From Tubiluchus corallicola (lineage: Eukaryota > Animalia > Priapulida), in NCBI GenBank assembly GCA_030141605.1, contig JAQGDQ010000495.1, positions 1-64,000 of the forward strand: a stretch of DNA of 64,000 bases, read 5' to 3'. This document shows positions 52,141-64,000 of the stretch, piece by piece. The number at the start of each line of letters is the position of its first letter. Position 1 is the first letter of the stretch. The notes below the pieces were generated by a model. It made no database searches, was not told the DNA's origin, and was given only the letters and a program-made list of their open reading frames with translations. A program made the translations under genes and the position numbers.

Positions 52141-53769
52141 TACCGTGGATAGTATCTCGCAAGTCTGAATAAGTTCTGTTGTATTTCTATCAGGCTGGTT
52201 AAAAAAATGCTTGAGGGAAAGGCGAGAAATCTTCGCGGCAGAGTTATCAATGGCTTGCTGACAGCCTGAAAACTCAAGAGTGACAACTGTTTGCAGGACT
52301 TAGTCCATGAAAACTAGTTACTGTACGTAACCGCCCTTATCCTAGAATTCCTATTATGCTACAAGAAATTATGTAGATACAGGTTCAAGTAATTAATTAT
52401 GATGATAGCAGCACTACTTACCCTGTTTTATTAAGTGATTTTTGTTTTATAAAAGATGATTTGTTGCAATACCCAATGAAAGACTTTTCATTCCTTGTAC
52501 AAGTGAGGTCCCTTTTTGTGGGAAAAAACACGGGTATCTCATTATCTTCTCAGGAATTCTCGTCACTATAATAATACTTCCTAAAACTAATTTTAATGTA
52601 CTGTCATAACCTGATACCCTGAGGATTCTTGGGATTATTATCCTTGGGATCTCCGTCTTGACCTGTGAGTTACTAACTTCATAACAAACTTTTTAAGCAA
52701 TATTGACTAAATGATTACTATTTTCTGATTTGGAGTTTAAACTTTTTGGCTGTTTAAATTACATATACAAGATACATAGAAATTTCTTAATGTAAAACAA
52801 ATATTGTTTTAATATCATAATAAATCATTAAGGTGTAAACCGATGAAGATATTTTTATATTTTTTTCATTCAAATTTTCATAAAGCCTTACAGAATGTAC
52901 ATTATTATGAGGGCTATCAATGACCAGTACACACGCAATAAAAACATGAAAAACAGTTTTGCAGTTTGCACAAAGCTTTAATCATATCCACAGTCACACA
53001 GCTACAGTGTTTATAAGTAGGGATTAACTAGAAAAACAGCACAAAACAAACAAACACTAAAAAAGCAAAAGAAAGTCAAAATAAGTGTGTTAATACAAGT
53101 CATACAACATCACACCTTACTTCATTATACTCCTACACAATGTATAAAGGAAGAAAACCAGTCATTACACATGGGTATAAATTTTAGGAACAGAGTTTTC
53201 TATACAGCATCACACAACAATTAAATTTCAACAAGCAATTCAAAACCTAACAGGAAACAAAATGAAACTTATTTAACAAACAAAATTCAGAAAACAACAG
53301 TCAAGATTAGTAAAAATCTCGAATCTCAACATGTTCACGTAAACCAAAACGAATTTAGCTTTATCAGGCAAAAACTGCACCAAGAGTGATTATATTACAA
53401 TGATGATTACAGTATGACACTTGACTTTTACCCATTGATGTAGCTTCAAATCAGTAAAAAAAAATTGACACCACACCAACAAGAAACAGCCGTATTGAAC
53501 ACGTGACACAGGGCAGCTCTCAAAACAAATCTTAAATCTTTCCACTCCATTATAATTACTTATAGCAAAAGAAGCTTATATAAGTGTTACATACACAGAA
53601 ACAGTTTTCAAAGATCTAAATGAAAGAAATATATCTTTAATTCCTTATTCTTAGGTTAACCATCAGAAAATTAAATAGCAAAACAACAATTCACACCCAG
53701 TTAAACAAGACCTTGCAGTCCATCCTGGAGCTTTAACAACACATTTTTCATAATTTCAACAAATTAGTA

Positions 53770-56700
53770 TCAATTTGTGTTACCAATTTGTGACAGACGT
53801 TCCAATTCATCGACTGACAGTGCCTTCGTTGTCGGAAGTGGTGGTGGTGGCAGCTGCTGTTGTTTCAGAAAATCTTGCCCAAACCACTTGGCAAGGCCCA
53901 CTGGTGATGTTCGACTCATGGGAATCTGAGGGCTAGTAAGACTAGCTGAACCTAACTGAGGTGGTGGCAGGTTTACATTTAACCCAGGTAGGCGCTGCTG
54001 ATTTTGCAACTGTTGCTGTAGTTGTAGCTGTTGCAGTTGGAGCAGAGGATTAATACCTCGCACACGCGGATCCAACGTGGCACCCACACCTCTTATCTGA
54101 TTAGCAGCTGCCAGTTGGTGTTGCAGCTGGGACATTGCTTGTACTGCAGCTGGATTTATCATGTTCAGGTTGTGCAACAGCATTGCAGCTTGAGCTGGTG
54201 TTACTGCACTTGTCATTCCAGTGGAAGCCTGCTGAAGTGTGGCTTGAGGATTCTGGGGCTGGGGCGGCACAATAGCAACTGACCGCTGAGGCAGTGGCGA
54301 AGCAGTTAATTTCTTGTGGTGCAAAGCGTGTTGATGCTGCTCCAGTAGTTTACCGATATCTGTCGAACCCTGCATTGATATAGATGCAGGGATATTTGCA
54401 GGAAGTGGAATGTTCTTTCCTGCCTGTGCAAAGTTTTGAGATGGTACTGTCATACGAGGCTGGTGAATTGGTGATGTCTGGTTTCCTTTCAGGATTGGAC
54501 GCCCTGTAACTGGTGGAACTGACTGATGAAGCTGCATTGTAGGAACGTTGGTTTGCATAAATCCCTGTCCAGTTACAGCTCTTGGTTGATCTACCTGTTC
54601 AGTTATGTCACCATGTCCTCCTGCATTGCTTTCCCCAAGAAGCGACTGTGATAGAAAATCAATTGGTTGATTACCACATGAAGTGCTGCTGGTTGGCGTC
54701 TGCTGATCATCACCGGCTCTTGCATTGTGTAAATTTTTGATAACACTTGTTGGAGTAAATGCAGGATTGACAGCAGGCTTGTGCTGTGGTTGATTTGGCA
54801 GTTTAGCCTTTTGCATCTCCATTTGATGACGTTTACGAAAATTTTCTTTTTGCTCCTCCAATTTCTTTTTAATGAGAGCATTCTGCAGGATCGTCTGTGT
54901 ATGTACAATGAGTTCCTGTGGGGAAGGGACACGTGGTATAGGAGACGTGGGTGGATTCAAACTTCCACTGGGCGATACTTGTCCTGGATAAATAGGCGAT
55001 GGAGCATGTGGCAGCACAGGTGGCTGTTGTATAAAACCAGGAACTGGACTAGGTATTCTCTGTTGCTGACGTTGCAGCTGCAGCAAATCATGTGGAGAAG
55101 CCGTGCGTCCCACTAGACCTGGTAATCCCAAATTCCTACTCTGTGTTGTCGGCGTTTGAGGAGAAGGTGACCCTTGGATCACAACAGCTGGTGCCATGGG
55201 ATGGGATGTGACCTGTTGTTGGGTATGCTGATGACGTCTAAATAAATTAGCCATCTGTTCATTAGATCTCAATGGTTGGTTAGGACTTTGTATTGGGAGA
55301 GAGTTTGGAACAGTTCGACCAGCAGGTGGCATTGCTTGTTGTGGCAGTAATTCCTGTAGCAAATCTTGTTCTCTTATTGGGCGCTGGCTAGCCTGAGGCT
55401 GCACACCTAAGACGTTATTAGACTCTTGAAATATGTCGTGACGTTTGACAGCTTCATTTAATTGTCCCTGTGCTTTCATTGCTTCAACTAGTTTATTGAA
55501 CACATCCATGTCACTTTGTTGAGGCCCTAATGGTGGCACCTGTGGCCTCCTCATGCCACGGTCTTGACTGGGGTGTTGCTCTGCCATTCCAGCTTCTAAT
55601 TCTGCAACACTCTTTGCCTTTCCAGCCATAATCTGCTCCTTGATAAAACTATTGTGAGCTTGTAAATTCTCCTTCATATCTGGAGTTGCTTTCTGCAATA
55701 AGGAGATAATAGCCTGTTCATTAGATGGGCCTGCTATTTGCTGCTGTGTTATATAGTCACCACCACTTTGTCCATATGGAATGTTAAACTGAAGAGAGCT
55801 TATATCTGCTGTAGGAGACAGTTCCATTGGGCTGTGGCTGCCTTCCAATTCATGCAATACATCATGCAGAAATAGTTCTTCATGAAAAGATGATCGTCGG
55901 CTGTCTCCATGACTACTGTTACCATGACTATCTTGTCGCATGAACAAATGACTGAACCGACTGGAGCGTCTGATGTCTTCTGCAGGAGCAGTTAGATTTT
56001 CCGAAAATCCTGGAATTGCATCGACCTTGAAGAACTCATTAAAGTCAAACTGGGTATTTAAGACATCTACGGAGGATTGCTCAACATTATTTTGTTCTGC
56101 TGGCTCGGACACTGGAACATTCGATACATCAAGCTTTTCATTTTTTACCATCTCCTGATCAGCCACATCACTTGCACTGGGTTCAACAGTTGCCACTGGT
56201 TCTTCTTCAGCCAATGATTTCTCCACCTTCTCTTTATATTCCTCTTCTTTCTTTTCTTGCTTTTCTTTTCTCTTCCGCTTTTCTTCCTCATATGATTCAA
56301 AGCCATGCAACTCAATTGTGTCCGACTGGCTAGAAGGACCTGCAGAAAACCACTCTGGTTCCTCTTCTTCCTTCGTACTTTCCCTTCTCAACCTACGATC
56401 ATTATTGTCACGTCTGTTATCTCGGAAGTCACTTCTAAAACTCCTAGGTTCACGATCACCTCTCTGTCCTCGCCAACTAAGTTCAATATCATCTCTGTCA
56501 TACCGCCCCCTATTTCCACCTCTATCCCCTCTGTCATCATAGTCACGATCTCTGCTTAAGATACGGCCACTCCCAATTCGTCGCTGCGGAATATCCTTGT
56601 CTTTGTAATCTCGATCTTTGTAGTCCCGATCACGAGAGCTCGCATCTGTGTCGCGGTTATCTTGCGGAGTTTTTGGTCGACGCCCCAGTAAACCACCAAT

Positions 56701-57156
56701 GTGGTTTACATGACATCCTGTACCAAAACTTCTACGCTGAGGGCTAAGCACAATGTCATCCCTTTCTTCTTCTCTTAATCGTTCTTTTGGATCGGAAGTT
56801 TTCCTGGAGCGAATATCCCTGAGGTCAGGAGGCCTATCTCTTTTTGGCCGATCTTGGTCATAAGGAGAGTCTGCACGAGGTTTTTGGTTGAACCACCGCT
56901 CAGGATCCCATAAACCGTCTGTCGAATCATAACTTTTAGATAAACATGGCGGTCGATTTCTTGAAGATGGATGATCTCTTAGTTTGATGAGATCACTACG
57001 ACTGTACTGATACTCAGGTAATTCTACAGGAGAGTTACTGTGACTTGAGGTTTTAGATAGATCATCACTAATCGACTCTGTTTTATCTGATTCTCCTACA
57101 TCTTTGCCTGTGTCTGCTGTGCCACTTTCACTTGATTCACTTTTCTCTCCCTCCAT
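53770..57156 (-). CDS. EIF4ENIF1: eIF4E nuclear import factor 1 / 4E-transporter (4E-T), ~1128 aa, single coding exon
   Basis: eIF4E-binding YxxxxLphi (YSRSDLI), DGLWDPERW, VLSPQRRSFGTGCHV, RRIGSGRI, Cup-homology domain EEPEWFSAGPSSQSDTIELHGF, C-terminal GLAKWFG and SVDELER. Start Met lies 3 nt after the acceptor ttttcag (57160); the ORF track's first 35 aa are intronic. Confidence 0.95.
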   Translation of the reverse strand: MEGEKSESSESGTADTGKDVGESDKTESISDDLSKTSSHSNSPVELPEYQYSRSDLIKLRDHPSSRNRPPCLSKSYDSTDGLWDPERWFNQKPRADSPYDQDRPKRDRPPDLRDIRSRKTSDPKERLREEERDDIVLSPQRRSFGTGCHVNHIGGLLGRRPKTPQDNRDTDASSRDRDYKDRDYKDKDIPQRRIGSGRILSRDRDYDDRGDRGGNRGRYDRDDIELSWRGQRGDREPRSFRSDFRDNRRDNNDRRLRRESTKEEEEPEWFSAGPSSQSDTIELHGFESYEEEKRKRKEKQEKKEEEYKEKVEKSLAEEEPVATVEPSASDVADQEMVKNEKLDVSNVPVSEPAEQNNVEQSSVDVLNTQFDFNEFFKVDAIPGFSENLTAPAEDIRRSSRFSHLFMRQDSHGNSSHGDSRRSSFHEELFLHDVLHELEGSHSPMELSPTADISSLQFNIPYGQSGGDYITQQQIAGPSNEQAIISLLQKATPDMKENLQAHNSFIKEQIMAGKAKSVAELEAGMAEQHPSQDRGMRRPQVPPLGPQQSDMDVFNKLVEAMKAQGQLNEAVKRHDIFQESNNVLGVQPQASQRPIREQDLLQELLPQQAMPPAGRTVPNSLPIQSPNQPLRSNEQMANLFRRHQHTQQQVTSHPMAPAVVIQGSPSPQTPTTQSRNLGLPGLVGRTASPHDLLQLQRQQQRIPSPVPGFIQQPPVLPHAPSPIYPGQVSPSGSLNPPTSPIPRVPSPQELIVHTQTILQNALIKKKLEEQKENFRKRHQMEMQKAKLPNQPQHKPAVNPAFTPTSVIKNLHNARAGDDQQTPTSSTSCGNQPIDFLSQSLLGESNAGGHGDITEQVDQPRAVTGQGFMQTNVPTMQLHQSVPPVTGRPILKGNQTSPIHQPRMTVPSQNFAQAGKNIPLPANIPASISMQGSTDIGKLLEQHQHALHHKKLTASPLPQRSVAIVPPQPQNPQATLQQASTGMTSAVTPAQAAMLLHNLNMINPAAVQAMSQLQHQLAAANQIRGVGATLDPRVRGINPLLQLQQLQLQQQLQNQQRLPGLNVNLPPPQLGSASLTSPQIPMSRTSPVGLAKWFGQDFLKQQQLPPPPLPTTKALSVDELERLSQIGNTN

Positions 57157-60100
57157 TACCTGAAAAGTAAAAAGTAAGTGTAAATACAACACTAAGCAAG
57201 CAGTGACTATTATGCAGTTCACACAAAGGCCAAGCAGGCTGAATGCATATGCAAGCCCCATTGTTCGCTATTGCGCGAAAAAATGTCACACTCAATTAAC
57301 AACGATTGCAGCCAGTTGAGTTTGGAACAGGTTAGCCCTATTTTGCCCAGGTGTCAAACAAATCGGCTACACGTTGAGTTAGGCAACCGGAATATTCATT
57401 AGGATAGATTTCCACTAATAATTTTGCTCTGCGTTACTTAAAATGCTGCACAAATTGCCAAAACACGTTAAATAACCAGGTTATTGGTTTTTGTGACTAT
57501 GAGTTCAATGTATGTCCAGCACACATGTGAGACCACAAACAAATGTCAGCAGAAAATGGTAACAATAAGTGTTAATACTCTGTTGTCCATTTTACAAGGG
57601 CAACTTTGGCACCAAAAGACCAAATATTTATAAGAGGCCTCAAATAGGCCAATTTTTACAAATGATTGAGTTCTCCAATGCCAACTGTAGTGCTGAAAAT
57701 GAGCAGACTTATTCTGCATTATTGTCTACTGTGCCTCTCGCACCCCGGTACATAATGCAACAGCTCAGCAGTATTGTCAGATGCCACAAGAGCTACCTAG
57801 CAGTGGATGAATGCTGCCTTTGCTATTATTTAATTGGTTAGTGGACGGATTCAACCCGTGTGCTTTTGTGTAAAGTCAGTATATAATACTAATAAACGTC
57901 AAACGAATGGCGATTATTGACTCTTTAGTTTAAAATACATTTGAAAAAAATACTAATTAATGCAACTTCAAGTCAAGTTTATTGAATTGTTTCAAGTTCA
58001 ATTCTCAGTCATGGTCACAAGAAATAAGGTGTAGCCCTCAGTCAAAACTACTCGTTTATTTACGTGTAAGACTATCCTCTTTTGTACTCTGCTCCCTTGT
58101 CATCTACATACCTTTGCCAAAGTTTCAGGCATAATATAAATGGATTGAGATGACAGCTAAACAGTTTTTAGCGAGATAATGCAGCACACATTTTTCTGAA
58201 AAACATTTAGCTTGTCACCACATAAACAACTTAATTTAAGTACAATTGTTACCTACAATACATGTCATGGCCTGTAATTACTAAGTTTGGGAAGTCTGAC
58301 CATCCTTTCCATACTGCAAGAGACCCATCTGAGTGTGCTGCATACTGAACAACTTGTTACCCAAAACACTGATTTTAATTGTTTGTTGGCACATTAAAGC
58401 TACTTTCTTATAACTTGAGAAGTAACTAATCGGTAAATCTAAAATAGATCTTCACTTCAACAAATTCAAGCCATTTAACATAAACGAAAATGCACTTACA
58501 GACAGTAAGAATTACTGTTAGAAATATTTTCTTCCAGAAATGTACGGATAGCAGACGCAAGTATGCTGTATCTACTATCCTAGGCCCTAAATTAATTACA
58601 AAAAATAACTTAAATAACTAGTAATCATTCTAGTCCAACTAGTGAAACCTTATCTTCTGACTTGACTTTCCTTTACATCTCAGTCACCCAGTCAGTCAGT
58701 TCAGCCAGGTTTTGTTTCAAGAATAATATTTTGAGGGGTTTCCTTCATCATTAATTGATAATTTTACAATTTATATTAAGGCAAATTGTGTCTAACCTAA
58801 ATTTGCCTAACCTTAATTAATTACAAAAAAGAATGCAATGTCTTTTATATTAGGAAATATTACTCACTTAATGTTTGCATGTTTAGGTTTCTTATTTAAT
58901 GGATTATGTTTGTATGATTTGTTTCAATAAAGTTACAATGATTTTCTGATTCTGCTAAAGCAATTTCTGATTTTTAACAAACTTCAGACCTATCTTACTA
59001 AGACACCAAATACATATGTTTCTGTCTTCCCGTTGCATATTTTAGTTTCTTTGTAAGTTGCTAGACAACGACTTGTCTACCAAGTTATCATGAAATGTGA
59101 GCTTTTGTCAGGTTTCTCGCATACCTACTTAATTTTACGCAATACTATTATAATGTATGTATTCACCAAGTTTGCAGCTGCTGAGCGGACAATTCAGGAT
59201 AATTAGCTAGCAACAAAATTGTAATGAAATCCATAAAACTAGAAGCATAAATATGAAATTTTATCAAAACATTGCACTGTGCCATATGAAATAAAGCTAC
59301 CTGTAATTTTATTGATAGTGTGTCAATATTGCAATAAACAGCACTACTTTTTATGTCTAATAAACAATAGTATATATAAATACATGTAAATGTACACACG
59401 GTAATTTCTATTAGCCAAGCACTATGCCAAACACATTTTATCGGAAGGCACTACATTAAGTCACAACAAAATGTAGTTGTTTTGAACACCAAATTAGCTG
59501 AATTAGCTGGGTCTAGGCTTTCGGATATTAGAACTAGTAAAATGACAAGTGCAGAAATTAATTACCCACGAAAAGAAGTATTTTAACAATGTAATCACTT
59601 TAAAAATGAGCAATAGAAGTAACAAGTCATGTTAAGCACTGTTTAGCAATAACGCATTTATTACAAGTAATCTTTAGCTTCACATTCACATCGACATAAT
59701 TATGAAGCGGCAACTTAAAAATATCACGGCACAATAATTATTTAATCTCCTCTGTTATATCCACGGAGTCACTACTCTGAAGATGTACAAATTTAGATGC
59801 TACGGCCCCACACAGACACATAATTTTCGGATGTGCACGTAAAAGTTGCAACTGAGAAGCCTATGAGAAGACAGCAGACATATTCAACTATAAAAAGATA
59901 TAATCAGAGCTCAAATATTTAGTTGCATGACTGTTTTATAATGTGCTGTTTTCAAGCAAACTTGCGCAGCTATATGCAAATTTTAATTGAGCAACTTTCA
60001 GCCAAACACAATAGTTAAACATAATAAGGAAGCATAATATGAAAAGATCTATAAAACACACTTGTAAAAGGGGCAAAAGAAAAACAAACTAAAAAAAAAA

Positions 60101-62349
60101 ATCAGCCTTACTATCTTTTTGAAAGATTCAGTGACAAATTCAGAAACTGGAGACCAAAATGAATAACCATTTATTAATACAATTGGCAAATTTCTGCTGT
60201 CCACTGCTAATTTTTTCCTATTACTGCAGCCTCTCACAATGACAGACACAGTTTACAATTATATGCCTGGTTGGTCATTCAAGCTCTCATATTCCATTGC
60301 CCTGTCTGCCTTGCACTTGCCTTACGTTTAAACCCTCCCCACAAAATATACGAACTGTCAATTTTATAAATTTTGCACAACTAAATAATGTAACCTTTTG
60401 TTACCAAGTGATATCACTAAACAACATTTACATTTAGATTGGGAATCTTTTAGCTACACAGGTGCTTCCACTTATTCACTTTTTATGTAGTTTTTGTCCT
60501 TAAGGTAACCAATGCCATTATATTATAACTGCTACGTGAATGAGTTTCAATTTTGCATAGACTATGTTATAAAACATGCCCATGTAAGTTTACATATAAG
60601 AATCAATTCTCAGAGGTAATGTTTTTGCACTTGTCAATATTGGTACTGTACAGCCCAATAATACACAGCTGCAGCAAACTAAGAAATTGACATAGATGAG
60701 CCCATATTTCATAGAGCTTATAGTATTGCTGTTTTAGTACCCCTGGGTAGCTATTGGGTGAAACTAACATTTCTAGTGTCTGTTTGTCTTTTTATCAACA
60801 ATTAACAACAAATACATGCATTCAACTCTTTAAGCTCCATAGTGCCAGTTGCACAATTTGAAAGTTCATGTCTGCACACTCAATTTTTTAGCCATAAACT
60901 AAATATCAACATAAAAACGTGAATCACGTTGAGTGGGCTGGATAATGATAACTGAACACCAAGCAGTCTACTCATACTTTAGAACTGATATCGTGAGCAA
61001 TCTCTAAGAATGGTGCAAGAACTCAAAATTCTAAATTAAAAAGCTTTCCAAATGGAGTAATGATGGGCATGCTGGCAATAATTAAAACACTAAAAACTTA
61101 CACAAATATCAACAACCAAAAATTATTTCCTTTAAAACATTTGAAGCATTATTATACATAAGTCATACAAATATTAAGCTGCCGTAAAACAACAACTGTA
61201 CACGATATAACTGCAATCAGAAAAGACCCAAAATTCCAAATGGCAAACAGTTTCACAGTAAGTACAACAAGCAATGGAAGAAATCATTGTTCAATTTAGT
61301 TGACTTTTACTTTCCATGCACGACACTCAAACTGGTCGTATTAGTTTCATTTATTTTTTAACTGATTTTTATTTCATTAGCAATTTTCTTTTTAATTTCT
61401 TTCTTCCATTCCATTAATACTTTTTGTTTTCGTACATCCTTAACAAAAAGGTTGTGACACTTACACTTACACACTTGTATTTTGGACATTGGACGTTAGT
61501 GTTATATAATATACAGGTCTATGTAGTTGTGTTTTTACAGCTTTCACATATGCATATATGATTTCATTAGATTTAAATTAGATCAGTAATTTATTTTTAT
61601 CCACAAATTTACGTTTAATAATAAACATATGGGAGAAAACTAAAGGTTAGCAAGTCAACCACCCTTCTTAGAAAGACAAGAAAATAAAATGACAGAAAGG
61701 ACACATTTATGAAAAATATATAAACATCCATAAATATAAAAAATAAAAATACAATAACAAACATGCAGAAGCCAGCCATTCCTCAAGAAAAACAAAGTCA
61801 AGCATAAAATTTAGTATATAGTTCAAAACAAAAAATGAGAATACTGATATGTTCAGAAAAAACAGCATTCATAAATTAAAATTTAATTGGAAACAAGATT
61901 TTTAGATGTGCATAACTAAACAAAGTGAAATAAAATTTAAATCAGCAACTTTAAGAAAAATACTTGTTGTCAAAAATTTATGAAGTTATTAAATAATATG
62001 TAAAAAAGGTCTATGAAAATACATGTGAAAAGCAATACAAGGTTAAAAAGAAAAACAAGTTGTCCTAACTATTGCAATACATTAAGCAAAATGCGATTGT
62101 GAAACCGCATAGTTGTGTGGTATGTGTAATTTTTAACACCATTTTGTAATTAATAAATTGGTACTAAACATTTCTTTACTGTGCATGATGAAAACACAAT
62201 AAAACAACGATGAAGAAGATCAGAGACCATAATAAAGATTTCGAGTGTTGTCATCTCAAAAGTCAAAACCCAAAACTTTGTATTTTTGAAAGTTTTCATT
62301 CACTGGGCCAGAAAAGATATAATATTTCTGATAGTGCGTTATTTTTCAG

Positions 62350-62555
62350 TACATTCTACTAGACTGTATTTGCCAGGTATTTTTTGCTTCTCTGGTCAAT
62401 TTCTTGACATGTACTTGTTAAAGCAGGGAGCTTTTCCAGTCGAGTGATATTCTTCAAAAAATTATTTATCAGTTGGGCCAACAGTTACTTTAATTGCGTA
62501 TTCCAAGTCAGGGAGACTGCTGACTAGATGTTTTCTTTGTTGCGCTACAAGCCTA
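62350..62555 (-). mobile_element. Possible old LINE (CR1/L2-like) RT C-terminal fragment
   Basis: Minus frame SSLPDLEYAIKVTVGPTDK*FLKNITRLEK resembles the RPxLEYA..W.P....I..LEK motif. Confidence 0.35.
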
Positions 62556-63619
62556 CAGACTTTCTCTTTATTTTAATTTTAGCTATGAATTATAACAGCT
62601 ACTTCGTAAATATATATATGTGTGCTTGAGTTGGTGCACTTCGTCACAAACCGAATTCAGGAATCAAGAACCAGCTAAGGGGTAACCATGGTCTGGGGTG
62701 GAAACTGTGTTTCAGACGTCTTATGCGGCTTTTCCAGAAACGAGAATCAAGAAATTTGAACCACAAAATAGTACAAATAACTTGATTTTAAACCCTAAAA
62801 ACTTAGAAATTACAAAAGTGTAAACATTACACCTTAAATGTTTCAAATGTTATTTTAAATGTCTATTTTTGGTGTTCTTTCCCAACTTTAATATATGTCT
62901 CACATCTCATAGCAGACAAATTTTTGTGAACTTTATGTTATGTTAATTAAAGGCAAAGTGGAGGAATACTGGCATTACACTTGCCACTGCATCAAAAATT
63001 TGCGAAAAATGCAAACGAGGTGAAATGGTGAAGCCTTACAATAGATTAAACTTTATTTAATAAATTTACTGTTACTCTTAACAGAGTTTTTATGCTGGTA
63101 TCTTAGCTTAACAGTCATTAGCTTAACCTTATGGAAGTTTCAATAGCATGCAGGTTACTTCCATGAGTTTCAGTATTTTTTACTCCAATTTTAATGCAAT
63201 GGGTGAAATCAGGAGATTTCAGAATTTTTCACAAATCTGACTGAACTGCGGGGAGCTATTTCTGAATTTCAGGAGACTCAGAGCCAAACAGTACACAGGG
63301 ATGTAGAGTACACTTATCATTCAATAATTTTTGGATAATGATTCCATGTCAGAATTGAATGTTAAAACCAATTAAAGTTTAGTTATTTCTAAGTCGGACT
63401 TGGGTGCTGAAGCCCATTTCATAATCAGACCTGAATGTTAAAAGCTTTGTAATACTATGGTATTTAACTCAGTACTTATACGATGCCAGTCCTTAGCTAA
63501 ATTTTATTATAATATACTACTCTTGAGAAGCACCACACTTCCTTATGCTCTCGACATATTTGTTCACAAGTGTTCAGATAGATAGCACGTTTCTGGGAAT
63601 TTGAAGTTTCTTCACAAAA

Positions 63620-63815
63620 GTTACTTACACAAGAACCCGAGGACACATACAAAAGCTGTTTAAGAAACAAAGGTTTTTAACTAGGAGCTAAACTTTTCCA
63701 GGACAGTAATAAACATATGAACAAGTTACCACAGGAAGCTGTCGATGCTAAAACAGGCAAGTTAAAAGATGTAAACACCTTCAAAGAAAAAATCAACAAA
63801 TCTTTGAACCATTTA
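63620..63815 (+). mobile_element. CR1-like LINE 3' end remnant
   Basis: RTRGHIQKLFK ... (frameshift) NKLPQEAVDAK...VNTFKEKIN matches the CR1 ORF2 terminal pattern RTRGH..KL...WN.LP...V.A...N.FK. Confidence 0.7.
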
Positions 63816-64000
63816 GAAACATCGATGAAAAGCCACTAGATTGATATATAACAAAAGTTATTTAAAGTGATGTCACTGATGTTATGCATGGGCAAAATAA
63901 GGTTTAGACCTTCAGAAGGGCCCTAAGACAAAGGTGTCCGGGTATCCAGGTATAATCACAGACAAATTGCAAATTATTGGTAGCCCGAGATCCCAGAAGA

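Noticed and set aside
57157-57261. Hydrophobic N-terminal 35 aa of the 1163-aa ORF as a signal/TM segment
   Set aside because: Lies upstream of a clear acceptor (ttacttttcag), so it is intron read-through; 4E-T is a soluble protein.

Overview
AT-rich invertebrate (metazoan) genomic DNA with spliceosomal introns. The left third is an accessory, immune-looking locus. It holds a 14-kb higher-order tandem array (eight ~1.7-1.75-kb units built from five older exon-like modules, one copy reading like a decayed CARD) that turns into an inverted arm at ~520. Next come a 15-bp minisatellite and an intronless 1098-aa gene fusing a block of near-identical 99-bp ankyrin repeats to an apparently intact Mab-21/cGAS-like nucleotidyltransferase (ANK-cGLR). 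Upstream lie a possible TIR-like remnant and a small secreted Ser/Thr-rich gene. The rest holds conserved genes: TBC1D30 (+, 10 coding exons plus an alternative first exon), GEMIN2 (-, 8 coding exons) and EIF4ENIF1/4E-T (-, single coding exon), along with SINE, MITE, LINE remnants and microsatellites. All domain calls are by eye from motifs; no database search was run.
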